Positions 8,960 through 18,867 of a DNA stretch of 64,000 bases are shown here, piece after piece. Origin of the DNA: Deltaproteobacteria bacterium. Lineage in GTDB: Bacteria > Bdellovibrionota > UBA1018 > UBA923. Both the position numbers and the translations under genes were made by a program. Where the stretch lies: positions 3,456-67,455 of the forward strand of contig JACPKS010000044.1 of NCBI GenBank assembly GCA_016186905.1, written 5' to 3'. The stretch's first letter is position 1; each line of letters opens with the position of its first letter. The notes below the pieces were generated by a model. The model had not been told where the DNA came from. It saw only the letters and a program-made list of their open reading frames with translations, and ran no database searches.

Positions 8960-9800
8960 TTCGGTTCAACCTCCGCGCCTCTCTTGACTTGGGATACTTC
9001 TGGATCAGCTCGTGAACGGCCTGTCTCGCACCCGCCTGATCCCCCACCCGGGCCAGACAGAGCGCGCGCCACGCCATTCCTCGCGGTACATAGCCCAAAT
9101 GCGAGACCTCGCCGCTTCCGGCGGGTGCCCGCGCTTGAGCTAACTTCATCGACTTTTCAAAGAACCTTTCAGCGCTCTTGTAATTACCGACGTAATACAA
9201 ACTGACAGCCGCCAGGTAATTCACCTGGGCGGTGTTGAACGCGTCATTTTCTTCGTTATCGGCCAGCTGCACAAAAGCTTTTGCCGAGGTCTCGTAATCA
9301 CCGGCATGAAATGCCTTGAGCGCGCCGTCGAAGACCGCTTTCGGGGGCTTGGAAAGAAGCCCGGGCTCGAAAACCTCGAGCGAAGAGATCGTGCGCGCGT
9401 GCTCAACGCCGCCCTCGGCTTTGGCTTCGCTTTTGATGCGTTCGGCGCGATGCTCTTCGGCGCGCGAGGCGGCTATTTTTTTAAGTTCCGCGTTTTCGAC
9501 CGCGAGATCGGCGACCTTCTTCTTGAGCATCGACGTGTTTTCGTCGAGTTCCTGAAGCTCGTGGAGCTTGGCGAGGAACGGGCCAAATACGCGGCCAGCC
9601 ATCGTCGCGAACCATCCGGGCTTTTGAGCTTTGGGAACAACCGCCTCGGCCGCCTGATGTGATTCGTGCGCTGCTTTTTGCGCGCCTTCGTGCGCAACTT
9701 CGTTGGCAAGCGTGCACACCGAGCGCGCCGCAAGCGTGAGCGCGACGGCGGTGAGCAACGCCACGAAAGCCATATGAAAGATGCGCGCACGAGTGGACAC
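8943..9800 (-). CDS. CpoB/YbgF-like periplasmic protein (signal peptide, coiled coil, C-terminal TPR)
   Basis: Signal peptide MAFVALLTAVALTLAA (probable start about 9773), a coiled-coil segment (LQELDENTSMLKKKVADLAVENAELKK) and TPR-like C-terminal repeats. Confidence 0.5.
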   Translation of the reverse strand: MSTRARIFHMAFVALLTAVALTLAARSVCTLANEVAHEGAQKAAHESHQAAEAVVPKAQKPGWFATMAGRVFGPFLAKLHELQELDENTSMLKKKVADLAVENAELKKIAASRAEEHRAERIKSEAKAEGGVEHARTISSLEVFEPGLLSKPPKAVFDGALKAFHAGDYETSAKAFVQLADNEENDAFNTAQVNYLAAVSLYYVGNYKSAERFFEKSMKLAQARAPAGSGEVSHLGYVPRGMAWRALCLARVGDQAGARQAVHELIQKYPKSREARRLNRNENFR

Positions 9801-9916
9801 TCCACCCTCCTCTATAAGGCGGTTCGTCTTTGCCTGGCCTAAGCTGAATGGGTATTTTTTGTCCGCACGACAATGTCGCGATTATCGGCGCTGCGGCTCG
9901 GCAGTTTTTGCCCGAC

Positions 9917-10195
9917 TCAAAGCTTCAAATACGGCTGCATCTTATCGGCGCCGAACTCTTCAATCGCCGCGAGTGTGTTGTGTGCCTTGCAATAGTGGCG
10001 AAGATTTTCAAACCTGCCCGCGCCTCCTTTCGAAAAAGGCATGATGTGATCGAATTGCAGGCCCGATCTGCTCTCACACCGTCGTTTCGTCGCTGGATCA
10101 ACAAATTCACAACGACCTTCAGACCGGATTTTCACGTTTGTGCGATCTTTTACCGGAATGTATCTCGACTCCGAATTCCGCTCAGCCGGTGTCAA
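9917..10195 (-). CDS. Small HNH endonuclease
   Basis: CEF...C...QFDHIMPFSKGG...NLRHYCKAHN HNH motif. Confidence 0.6.
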   Translation of the reverse strand: MTPAERNSESRYIPVKDRTNVKIRSEGRCEFVDPATKRRCESRSGLQFDHIMPFSKGGAGRFENLRHYCKAHNTLAAIEEFGADKMQPYLKL

Positions 10196-10324
10196 AGTGA
10201 CTTCGGGCGCCCGAAGTGCAGTGCGTGATTTTTTAATTCTGATCGGCGTCCGTCCGCTTGTTCTCGTTTAGAGGAGTACTTCCGAGCATTTGCCCACCCG
10301 CTCAATTCTTGCTACTAAGGATCC

Positions 10325-12124
10325 ATGCTTTTCGACCTAATCCAAAACAAGATCTCCGACGCAATTGGCGAGGAATTAAACATTCGCCTCAACAAGAATT
10401 TTTCATCGGAATACTCCAACCCTCAATTGAGTGAGTTTTTTAATATAGAGCTACCACCGGGATTTGACTTGGGAGACTTCGCAATTCCCGCGTTTCGGGC
10501 CGCGAAGCCATATAAAAAAGCACCTCCACTCATCGCACAAGAACTCGCCAAGTATTTTCAGGAAGGTGAGGTCTCTAAGTATTGTGATGTTTCGACCGCC
10601 GGCCCGTACGTAAATTTCAAAGTTAAACGTGAGATATTAATCGGCCCCGTCCTCGAATCGCTGCTGCTCTCCGGCGACGCGCTCGCCGAGAAAAATCCCA
10701 AACACCGCCCCAACGTCGTGCTCGAGTTCTCGTCGCCGAACGTCGCCAAGGCGTTCAACATCTATCACCTGCGCTCGACGATGATCGGCAACTCGCTCTA
10801 CCGCATCTTCAGAGCGCGCGGATTCAATCCCGTCGCGATCAATCACCTGGGCGACTGGGGCACGCAGTACGGCACTCTGGCTTTGGCGTTCGAAAAATAC
10901 GGCGACCACTTCGAGCTCGAAAAACGCGGAATCCCCTATCTCGTCGAGCTCTACGTCCGTATCAACAAGGAGATCGAAGCCGATCCGTCCTTGGGCGACA
11001 AGGCGCGCGCCTATTTCGCGCGCCTCGAAAAGGGCGACGCCGAAATCAGGAAGCTTTGGGAAAAATTCGTTTCGCTTTCGATCAAGGAGTTCGAGCGAAC
11101 CTACGAGCGTCTCGGCGTGCATTTCGACCATTACTGGGGCGAATCGTTCTACGTTCCGCGGATTCCGGCGCTTGAAAAAGCACTCGCCGAGAAAAAGCTT
11201 CTCGTCGAGTCGGAAGGCGCGCAGGTCGTGATGCTGGACCGATTCAACATGCCGCCGTGTCTCATCCGCAAGCAGGATGGCAGCACGATCTACGCCACGC
11301 GCGATCTCGCGGCCGCGATTTACCGGCATGCGAAATTCGCCTTTGAGCGAATGATCTACGTCGTGGGCGCCGAACAAAAACTGCACTTCGCGCAGGTTTT
11401 CAAGACACTCGAGCTCATGGGATACGACTGGGCCAAGCGCTGCGCGCACGTCGATTTCGGCCTCTACAAGTTCGCCGGCGACGAAGGCGCGGCCCAGAAA
11501 ATGAGCACGCGCAAAGGGCGATTCGTGACTCTCGAAGCCGTGCTCGACGAGGCCGTCGCGCGCGTTCTGCGGATCATGCGCGCGAGAACCGCGGATAAAA
11601 CCGCGGGAATGTCCGACGTGGAGCTCGGCGAAGCCGCCGAGATCATCGGAACGGGCGCCATCGTCTTCAACGATCTCCGCACCGACCGCAACGGCGACGT
11701 GCATTTCGATCTTGAGCGGGTGTGTGATTTCGAAGGCGAAACCGGACCCTATATTCAGTACGCGCACACGCGATGTCTCGGCATCGTTCGGAACGCGCCG
11801 GCGGCACTCGCCGCCACGGACGCCGCGGCACTCTGGAAGGCTGCGCAGTCACGCCTGACCGAGCCGGAAGAGCTCGATCTCATCCGCACGCTCGCGCGCC
11901 TGCCGCTGATTCTCGATCACGTTTTGGAAACGTATCGCCCAAGCGCGCTCGCGGGTTTCTTGATCGACATCACGAAGACTTTCAACGCGTTCTACCGCGC
12001 GCATAAAGTATTGGTTGAAGACGCCGAGCTCGCGCGCGCGCGGCTGGCTCTGGTTCTTGCGACACAGCGAACGCTTCAAAAGGGCCTCACGCTTCTTGGG
12101 ATGAAGACGCCGGAGAGAATGTAG
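10325..12124 (+). CDS. argS: Arginine--tRNA ligase
   Basis: Full-length class I aaRS: N-terminal Arg anticodon-binding-like domain, HIGH-region SSPNVAKAFNIYHLRS, and a DALR C-terminus. Confidence 0.95.
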   Translation: MLFDLIQNKISDAIGEELNIRLNKNFSSEYSNPQLSEFFNIELPPGFDLGDFAIPAFRAAKPYKKAPPLIAQELAKYFQEGEVSKYCDVSTAGPYVNFKVKREILIGPVLESLLLSGDALAEKNPKHRPNVVLEFSSPNVAKAFNIYHLRSTMIGNSLYRIFRARGFNPVAINHLGDWGTQYGTLALAFEKYGDHFELEKRGIPYLVELYVRINKEIEADPSLGDKARAYFARLEKGDAEIRKLWEKFVSLSIKEFERTYERLGVHFDHYWGESFYVPRIPALEKALAEKKLLVESEGAQVVMLDRFNMPPCLIRKQDGSTIYATRDLAAAIYRHAKFAFERMIYVVGAEQKLHFAQVFKTLELMGYDWAKRCAHVDFGLYKFAGDEGAAQKMSTRKGRFVTLEAVLDEAVARVLRIMRARTADKTAGMSDVELGEAAEIIGTGAIVFNDLRTDRNGDVHFDLERVCDFEGETGPYIQYAHTRCLGIVRNAPAALAATDAAALWKAAQSRLTEPEELDLIRTLARLPLILDHVLETYRPSALAGFLIDITKTFNAFYRAHKVLVEDAELARARLALVLATQRTLQKGLTLLGMKTPERM

Positions 12125-12257
12125 GAAAAGCTCGGGCTCTCAACAGCGGCGACTCGGTAACAGCAATCCAGCAAGCTAAATCCTGGCGCTCCTCCTTGCT
12201 CGTTAAAATGTTTGCTACGCACAGGATCGGACTCGCAGCCACAATGCGGAATCGGAA

Positions 12258-13208
12258 TTAAGACTTCGCCACGTCTTCCGTCTTCGGTGCCGCAACCGGC
12301 GTTACGTTTGGTTTTACGTTCGGCGTAACATTCGGCTTCACTGCCGGCTGCGGTGGAACCGCTGGCTTCGGAGAAACCGCTGGCTTCAAAGAAACCGCCG
12401 GGTTCGGAGTCACGGAGGGCTTTACGCTGATCGCGGGCTTCGGATTCGCGCCGGCCTGAATCGCGGGGCGATCGCCACCTTCCCTGCGTGGGCCACGTCC
12501 CGGTCTTCCGCCTGGACGGCCGCCGCCGCCACCTTCACGTCCGCCTCCACCGCCTTCTCTGCCGCCGCCTGGCCCGCCGCGCCCGCGGTCGCGATCACGG
12601 TCGCGCCCACCGCGGCCCTTGCCGCCGCCGCGTCCTTTGCCCCCTTTTCCAAAACGTTTGCCCTCGCGCCGATCATCGCGCCTCGGCTGCGGAACGAAAA
12701 AGTGCTCGAGCAGGTAATATTTCCCGTCTTTTTCGGCAACACCCTCGGGAGCTTTCTCCCCTTCGTTCAGCGTGTATACGACCACGCGCTTGAGGTGCTG
12801 GGGACGGCGCTTCGCGATGTCGATGGCGTTCATGAACATCGCAAGCTTGTCACCCTCGAGTTTGAACGCTTCGCCGATGGCCGCCGCGAGATCGAACGCG
12901 GGAGCCGTGGGCGCTGTCGCCTCAGACGGAATCGGCTCCGTTGCTGCTTCGGCAGCTGGTGGCTCGGCCGTTGGAGTCACAGCCTCAGTCGTTACAGTTT
13001 CGGTCGCCGGAGTTTCGACGGCTGGCGTTTCAACGCTTGTCGGAGGTTTCTGGCCCTTAGGCCCTTTCGGATGCCTGGCGGCCGACTTTTCCGCCTTTTG
13101 GAGCCGCGTGTCGCGCGGCTCGACTTTCACGGGTTTGGGCGTCAATTCCGCCACCTTCTTAAGCGCATCGGCCAATACAAACCCTGAAAATTCCGTGATT
13201 GTTTTCAT
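12258..13208 (-). CDS. Intrinsically disordered protein with an RG/RGG-rich tract and KP(A/N)V(S/T)P hexapeptide repeats
   Basis: A folded-looking N-terminal region, then GKGGKGRGGGKGRGGRDRDRDRGRGGPGGG, then six or more KPxVxP repeats (18-bp tandem units about 12290-12420). Confidence 0.5.
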   Translation of the reverse strand: MKTITEFSGFVLADALKKVAELTPKPVKVEPRDTRLQKAEKSAARHPKGPKGQKPPTSVETPAVETPATETVTTEAVTPTAEPPAAEAATEPIPSEATAPTAPAFDLAAAIGEAFKLEGDKLAMFMNAIDIAKRRPQHLKRVVVYTLNEGEKAPEGVAEKDGKYYLLEHFFVPQPRRDDRREGKRFGKGGKGRGGGKGRGGRDRDRDRGRGGPGGGREGGGGGREGGGGGRPGGRPGRGPRREGGDRPAIQAGANPKPAISVKPSVTPNPAVSLKPAVSPKPAVPPQPAVKPNVTPNVKPNVTPVAAPKTEDVAKS

Positions 13209-13304
13209 GGAAGTATTTATGCTTTATCCGGCGCGAAAAATCAATTCGGCCGGGCTTAAAATTGGGCTAAAGACCCCAAGCCACGTTTCCGATCCCATAT
13301 ATGT

Positions 13305-13757
13305 ATGTTCCGCAGGATGAAGACCAAGGCCTACTTCGTTGCCGGCATTTTGCATGTCGGCATCGGGATGCTCGTATACGGGCTTTCTCAACTCGCCGGT
13401 GATCCCCATGTTCCCCAGGACGCCGTACGCCTTCTGGCGCTCGGCACTTTGGCGACCTACGGAAGCGTTGTGATCGCCGTGGCTTTCGTTTACGTGCCGC
13501 TTGCCCCTTGGATTCGCCGGGCAAGTGCCGTCGCGAACTGGCGCCGCATCCTCTGGAAGGAATTGCCGACCATCCTGGCGCTCGTCCCCATCGTCATGGG
13601 CCTCTACAAAATCCTGAAAAAAGCCTGGACTGAGATCAAGGCCGGTCACACCAACGGCCATCTCGATCTTGAAAAAGTGTCGGCCGTCGTCACGCAGGTC
13701 GCGGCCGATACGGAATCGCTTCTCAAAGAACGGCCCGTGAACCAAAAGGCGGCCTAG
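13305..13757 (+). CDS. Hypothetical membrane protein
   Basis: Three to four predicted TM helices. Confidence 0.4.
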   Translation: MFRRMKTKAYFVAGILHVGIGMLVYGLSQLAGDPHVPQDAVRLLALGTLATYGSVVIAVAFVYVPLAPWIRRASAVANWRRILWKELPTILALVPIVMGLYKILKKAWTEIKAGHTNGHLDLEKVSAVVTQVAADTESLLKERPVNQKAA

Positions 13758-14574
13758 AGAATTGCTCGAACTCGGTCGGATCGTGCGCGCAGAACAGCCG
13801 CACCTCGCTGCCGTGGCTCGACAGCAGCTCGCGCAACCGCTCCGCGCTCTCGATACGCGCCTCGTGATCGCAACACGCCACGCGCTGATGCAACTCGAGA
13901 CCCGCGGTGCAACGAGGACGTTTAAGATCCATCTCCGCCCAGTAAAAGAACGCATCGCCCGCGTGAAGAAGCCAGCCCTTGCCGTCTCGCACTGCAACGC
14001 CGGCGTGGCCCGCGGAATGACCCTTGAGCGACACGAGCACGACGCCGTCCGACAAGCCCTCGAGCGCGCCCGCGCAATCCAGTCCAAACCACTTGCCCGC
14101 CGGCTCGTATAATTTCCAGCTCACTTCCAGTCTTCGAAGACGGTGCCCGTACCGCAGCCGATCTTTAGCGGTCGCAAGAGCCACGGCAGCGCGGTGCTCG
14201 TCAGCGAAGACATGAACCGCCGCGCGCGGAAAATCAGCGATGCCGCCGGCGTGATCGACATCGAGATGCGTGAGCGCGATGTGCCGCACGTCCGCGGGAT
14301 TGAATCCAAGACGATTCACTTGAGCCAACGCGGTCTCCGCGGGATCCAACACGGGGCGCGTGAGCTTGCGGAACGCCGCGGGCAAACGAGTGGCATCCTC
14401 GATGTCACGCGCTCCCAGCCCGGTATCGACGAGAACGAGTCCGGCGTTTGTCTCCAATAGCAGGCAGTGGCACACCATGCGCGCCGGAGGACCGTTGATC
14501 AGCAGCCCTCCGACGGGGCAAAGGGTCGCGCAATTGAGGTGATGGATCTTGCGGATTACTTGGTTCTGAACCAT
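13723..14574 (-). CDS. MBL-fold metallo-hydrolase
   Basis: HxHxDH motif (ALTHLDVDHAGG) plus downstream His/Asp ligands. Probable start at MVQNQ. Confidence 0.7.
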   Translation of the reverse strand: MVQNQVIRKIHHLNCATLCPVGGLLINGPPARMVCHCLLLETNAGLVLVDTGLGARDIEDATRLPAAFRKLTRPVLDPAETALAQVNRLGFNPADVRHIALTHLDVDHAGGIADFPRAAVHVFADEHRAAVALATAKDRLRYGHRLRRLEVSWKLYEPAGKWFGLDCAGALEGLSDGVVLVSLKGHSAGHAGVAVRDGKGWLLHAGDAFFYWAEMDLKRPRCTAGLELHQRVACCDHEARIESAERLRELLSSHGSEVRLFCAHDPTEFEQFSRPPFGSRAVL

Positions 14575-14588
14575 GATTTGAAATTCGT

Positions 14589-15179
14589 ATGGATGCAAGA
14601 CTGGCAACCGCGCTGTCTCACGTCGCGCACGACATCCTCTCGTCCAACAGCACCATTAAAAGCCTCGCCGCGCAACTCAAAGGCATCGAGGCATCCGACG
14701 TCATTCTTGACGCCTCCTCTAAAATCCATCGCCTCGCCGGCCGGCTTCAACGGCTTGCGACCGCGCACAAGCTGCTTGAACCTCCTTCTTCCGTCTCAAT
14801 CACTGATCTTGCGGCGATCGCGTCGCATCGTTTCGGAATCACGTGCCACTTCGATAGGCGTTGCGCGCCGGTGGACTGCGCCGTAATCCATCCACTCAAG
14901 CTTCAACAGGTCCTTGAGCTCCTCCGCGAATTATTGGAATCCGCCCGCATGCGCGTCAAAAAACTCGAACTCCGCGGGAACGGCGGAGGCGCGAAGGAAG
15001 AAAACGACGCCGGTGGCGGCGCGCGAGGATTCATCCTCGTTCTGGAATTCGAAAGCGGCGACATGCTCGAGGACTCTCTCTCGCTGCTTCTTTGCGAAGC
15101 ACTGACGGCGTCAATGCGCGGCAAACTTCTGCTCGGCACAGGACAAATTGAGCTTTTCATGCCCGGAAACGCCCGTTAG
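14589..15179 (+). CDS. Hypothetical protein
   Basis: ORF only, codon usage consistent with the neighbours. There is weak resemblance to a histidine-kinase H-box (SHVAHDI). Confidence 0.3.
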   Translation: MDARLATALSHVAHDILSSNSTIKSLAAQLKGIEASDVILDASSKIHRLAGRLQRLATAHKLLEPPSSVSITDLAAIASHRFGITCHFDRRCAPVDCAVIHPLKLQQVLELLRELLESARMRVKKLELRGNGGGAKEENDAGGGARGFILVLEFESGDMLEDSLSLLLCEALTASMRGKLLLGTGQIELFMPGNAR

Positions 15180-15188
15180 ACTTCGGGC

Positions 15189-16253
15189 ATGAAACGAAAT
15201 CTCCTTGTTCTGCTGGCCGGGGTTGTACTCGCATCGTCTCAAGCAAATGCCGCGCTCGCTTCCTTTGCGAGCGTATCGCTCGACGCGCCGTATCCGCCCT
15301 TCAGCGACGACACCGACCTCACGGGCCGCCCTTACGTGCACAAACGCGACGTTCCGCTCGATCTCGTGCCCGATCGCATCGATGTTCTCGACTCTCCGGG
15401 CGCGGAAATCCGCGTCGCGCGCGAAGACCACGGTAAAGTCTTCGACATCGACGGCCTGCGCTTTACCGTCGCGCAAAAAGGCGACCATTGCATCGGAACC
15501 GCGCCGCTCGCCAACCGCTTCTTCGCGGTCGGAAACGGCTCCGAAGCGTATCGTCTGCGCTTTGAGGCGCCTTGCGGAAAATCGCTCGTGCTCTTTTTTC
15601 GTCAAGAAACGGATGGCGGGCAAGCGCTCGGCATCTGGCGCATCGGCTTTCTCGCACAGAAAAAACTTGAAGCCGCGGTCGGACTCGACTTCTGGAAAAG
15701 CCAGATCCGTTTTGTGTGGCCGGCCGAAGGCGATTACTACCAATGGAACACCGTGCACATCACCGGCGGCCACAAATGGGACGTCGTCGGCCACGAGCTC
15801 GGCCATGCGATTTATGATCAAGCCGACATCGGCGTCTTCGGCGGCGGACAGCACTACATCGACCGCTGCTATTCCGGCGCGCTCGCGCTTTCCGAAGGCT
15901 GGGCCTCGTTTTTCTCGGCCTGGCTCTCGGTGGATCTCGCCGACCCGGACGCGAAATTCGAATACATGGTTCCTAGGCGCGCGCCGATCCGCTTCGAGAA
16001 CGTACCCGCCGACGTTTGCATGGGGCCGACGAGCGAGTGGCGCGTGACTGCTTATTTCTGGGATCTGATCGACCTCAACCGCGACGGCGAAGCGCTCACG
16101 GAGCCGTTCGCGCGCCTCTGGGCGGCGTCACGCAACGCACGCTTCCGCGACATGGGTGAAGTCGCGCGCGCGTACGAGCGGGCGGGTCTTGATCCCGTGC
16201 TGCTTAAAACCGTGTGGAATCTGAACTTCGCGGGCGGATTTCGGCGCAGATAG
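15189..16253 (+). CDS. Secreted HExxH zinc-metalloprotease-like protein
   Basis: Signal peptide and VVGHELGHAIYDQ. Confidence 0.55.
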   Translation: MKRNLLVLLAGVVLASSQANAALASFASVSLDAPYPPFSDDTDLTGRPYVHKRDVPLDLVPDRIDVLDSPGAEIRVAREDHGKVFDIDGLRFTVAQKGDHCIGTAPLANRFFAVGNGSEAYRLRFEAPCGKSLVLFFRQETDGGQALGIWRIGFLAQKKLEAAVGLDFWKSQIRFVWPAEGDYYQWNTVHITGGHKWDVVGHELGHAIYDQADIGVFGGGQHYIDRCYSGALALSEGWASFFSAWLSVDLADPDAKFEYMVPRRAPIRFENVPADVCMGPTSEWRVTAYFWDLIDLNRDGEALTEPFARLWAASRNARFRDMGEVARAYERAGLDPVLLKTVWNLNFAGGFRRR

Positions 16254-16320
16254 CCGTTACCTTGAACGATCGGCCGGCTTGACCGACCGCGCCGAACTCG
16301 ATACATAAACGCACAGCAAC

Positions 16321-18867
16321 ATGGCAAACACCGACACACCGCTGATGCGGCAGTACCTTGAAGTCAAATCCCGCATTCCCGACGCCCTGCTCTTTTTTCG
16401 CCTCGGCGACTTCTACGAACTTTTTTTCGAGGATGCGCGCACGGCCGCGCGCGAACTCGAGATCACGCTCACCTCGCGCAACAAGAACGATCCCGACCCC
16501 ACCCCGATGTGCGGAGTGCCGTTTCACTCGGCGGCAGGTTACATCAATCGCCTCGTCGCAAGCGGCCACAAGGTCGCCATCTGCGAACAGCTTGAAAATC
16601 CAGCCGAAAAAAATGGGCCAGAAAAAGGGGCAGAGACCAAGAGCCTCGTCAAGCGCGACATCGTGCGGGTCGTTTCCCCCGGTACGCAGCTCGACCCCGA
16701 TGCGCTCAACGCCAAAGCGCCGAACTGCACGCATGCGGCATGTTCATCCGCGGGCGGAAAGATTCTCTGGGCCACCTGCGATTTCACGACCGGAAAATTC
16801 CGGTTCGGGTCGGCGGCGGATCTTGAGAGCTGGCTTGCCACGCTGCAATCGCAGGGCATCGCGGAGCTTCTCTTTCCGGAAAACGACGCCGGCTCAAAGC
16901 TTTTGGATGAAATCCGCGCGCGCGCCCCGCGTGCGTTCGCGCAGACCGTCCCCGAGTTTTACTTCGACTCCGAATACGCGGCCAGCCGCATGCGCGAGCA
17001 GTTCGCCGCGCAGTCGCTTGCCGCCGTTCATCCCGAGCTCTCCGAATGCGTGCGCCCCGCCGGCGCGCTCGTGAAATATTTCCAGGAATCGCAGCGCGCG
17101 CCGCGAATTCCATCCGTGAATCGAATCGAAGCATGGGGCTGTAATGGCCGCATGGAGCTCGACCCGGCCACCGTGCGCGCACTCGAGCTTCTGCCCCGGC
17201 GCGAGCCAGGCGCAGGCGCGGCCGCGCGCGACGCAAGCCTTCTGACGTGGATCGACCGCACGAAAACCGCGATGGGCGGACGCCTGCTTCGCGACTGGAT
17301 TCTTCGCCCTCTCACTGACGTCGAGAAAATCGACGCGCGGCTCGGCGAGGTCGCCTCAATACTGGAGGCCGGTACGGAGGCTTCCGGCAAAAACCTTCTC
17401 GCTCGGCTCACGCAGCCGCTTTCGGAAATTTACGATCTCGAACGGCTATCCTCGCGAATCTCGCTTGGGATGGCGGGCGCGCGCGACCTCAGAGCCACTG
17501 CTGGTTCGATTCTCATGGCGCGCGAGCTCTGCGAGCGCCTCGGCTCGCTTGAGCTCGGATCGCTCTTAAAGGGCGCGCTTGATTCCAAGCTCGTGGCGCT
17601 CTCGGAAGAAACCCTGCGGGCCACCGTCGAAAATCCGCCGCTTGCCGTGCGCGAGGGCGGGATGTTCGCGCGCGGGTTTCACGCCGATCTCGACGAGCTC
17701 ATCGGCCTCACCACGAACGGCGAAGCGTGGCTTGCCGAATACGAAGCGGCCGAGCGCAAAAGCACCGCGATCAACTCGCTCAAGGTGCGCTTTAACCGCG
17801 TGTTCGGTTATTACATCGAGATCACGAAGGCCAACCTCGCGTCGGTTCCCGCGCACTACGTCCGCAAACAAACCACCGTCGGCGGCGAACGCTTCATCAC
17901 CGAGGAGCTCAAGCGTTTCGAGGAAAAGATCCTCACCGCCGAGAAAAAGCGCAACGACCTCGAGTACGCGCTTTTCCGCGAGTTCTGTGCCCGCTTCACG
18001 GCGAAAGCCGCGGCGGTTTCCGAGCTCGCGCGCCAGGTCGCGCACGTCGACATCATCGCGGGGTTCGCTGCCCTTGCCTCTCGCGAGGGCTACGTAAGGC
18101 CCGCGATCGACGATGGAACGCTGCTCGAAATCGCCCACGGACGCCATCCCACCGTGGCGGCGTTCATGGAAGGCTTCGTTCCCAATTCGATCGCGCTCGG
18201 CGGAAGCGCGGGTTTTTTTCTCATCACCGGCCCCAACATGGGCGGTAAGAGCACCGTCATGCGCCAGACCGCACTCATCACGCTCCTCGCGCAGATCGGC
18301 TGCTTCGTGCCGGCCAGGTCCGCGCGCATCGGGGTGGTCGACCGGATTTTCACGCGCATCGGCGCAAGCGACAACATCGCCGAGGGCTCCTCGACGTTCA
18401 TGGTGGAAATGAGCGAGATGAGCTTCATCCTGCGCAACGCGACGGCTAGGAGCCTCATCCTGCTCGATGAAATCGGCCGCGGCACCAGCACGTTCGACGG
18501 AATGAGCCTGGCAATGGCGCTGGCCTCCGACATCGCCGGGCGCATCGGGGCGCGCACGCTCTTCGCCACGCACTACCACGAGCTCACCGCGCTCGCCGAT
18601 CGTTATCCCCGCGTGTCCAACCACCGCATGGCGGTTTCAGTCGGCGAGGACCGCGCGGGACACGCCATCGTCCGCTTTCTCTATCGCCTCGAACCAGGAG
18701 CCGCCGAGCGGTCGTACGGAATCCTCGTCGCACGCCTTGCCGGCTTGCCGGAGCATGTGCTCAAACACGCGCAGCAGATACTCGAGACGATCGAACACAC
18801 CGCCCGCGACCGAAACGGCAGCGCCCACCGCGAAACACCTCAACTCGATCTCTTCGGCAATGCATAA
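16321..18867 (+). CDS. mutS: DNA mismatch repair protein MutS
   Basis: Mismatch-binding N-terminus (FFRLGDFYELF), Walker A GPNMGGKST, and an HTH C-terminus. Confidence 0.95.
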   Translation: MANTDTPLMRQYLEVKSRIPDALLFFRLGDFYELFFEDARTAARELEITLTSRNKNDPDPTPMCGVPFHSAAGYINRLVASGHKVAICEQLENPAEKNGPEKGAETKSLVKRDIVRVVSPGTQLDPDALNAKAPNCTHAACSSAGGKILWATCDFTTGKFRFGSAADLESWLATLQSQGIAELLFPENDAGSKLLDEIRARAPRAFAQTVPEFYFDSEYAASRMREQFAAQSLAAVHPELSECVRPAGALVKYFQESQRAPRIPSVNRIEAWGCNGRMELDPATVRALELLPRREPGAGAAARDASLLTWIDRTKTAMGGRLLRDWILRPLTDVEKIDARLGEVASILEAGTEASGKNLLARLTQPLSEIYDLERLSSRISLGMAGARDLRATAGSILMARELCERLGSLELGSLLKGALDSKLVALSEETLRATVENPPLAVREGGMFARGFHADLDELIGLTTNGEAWLAEYEAAERKSTAINSLKVRFNRVFGYYIEITKANLASVPAHYVRKQTTVGGERFITEELKRFEEKILTAEKKRNDLEYALFREFCARFTAKAAAVSELARQVAHVDIIAGFAALASREGYVRPAIDDGTLLEIAHGRHPTVAAFMEGFVPNSIALGGSAGFFLITGPNMGGKSTVMRQTALITLLAQIGCFVPARSARIGVVDRIFTRIGASDNIAEGSSTFMVEMSEMSFILRNATARSLILLDEIGRGTSTFDGMSLAMALASDIAGRIGARTLFATHYHELTALADRYPRVSNHRMAVSVGEDRAGHAIVRFLYRLEPGAAERSYGILVARLAGLPEHVLKHAQQILETIEHTARDRNGSAHRETPQLDLFGNA

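Noticed and set aside
13224-14087. 287-aa ORF on the minus strand overlapping the 13305..13757 and MBL genes
   Set aside because: Cys/Arg-rich shadow ORF in an alternative frame. The MBL hydrolase (HxHxDH) in the other frame is clearly real.
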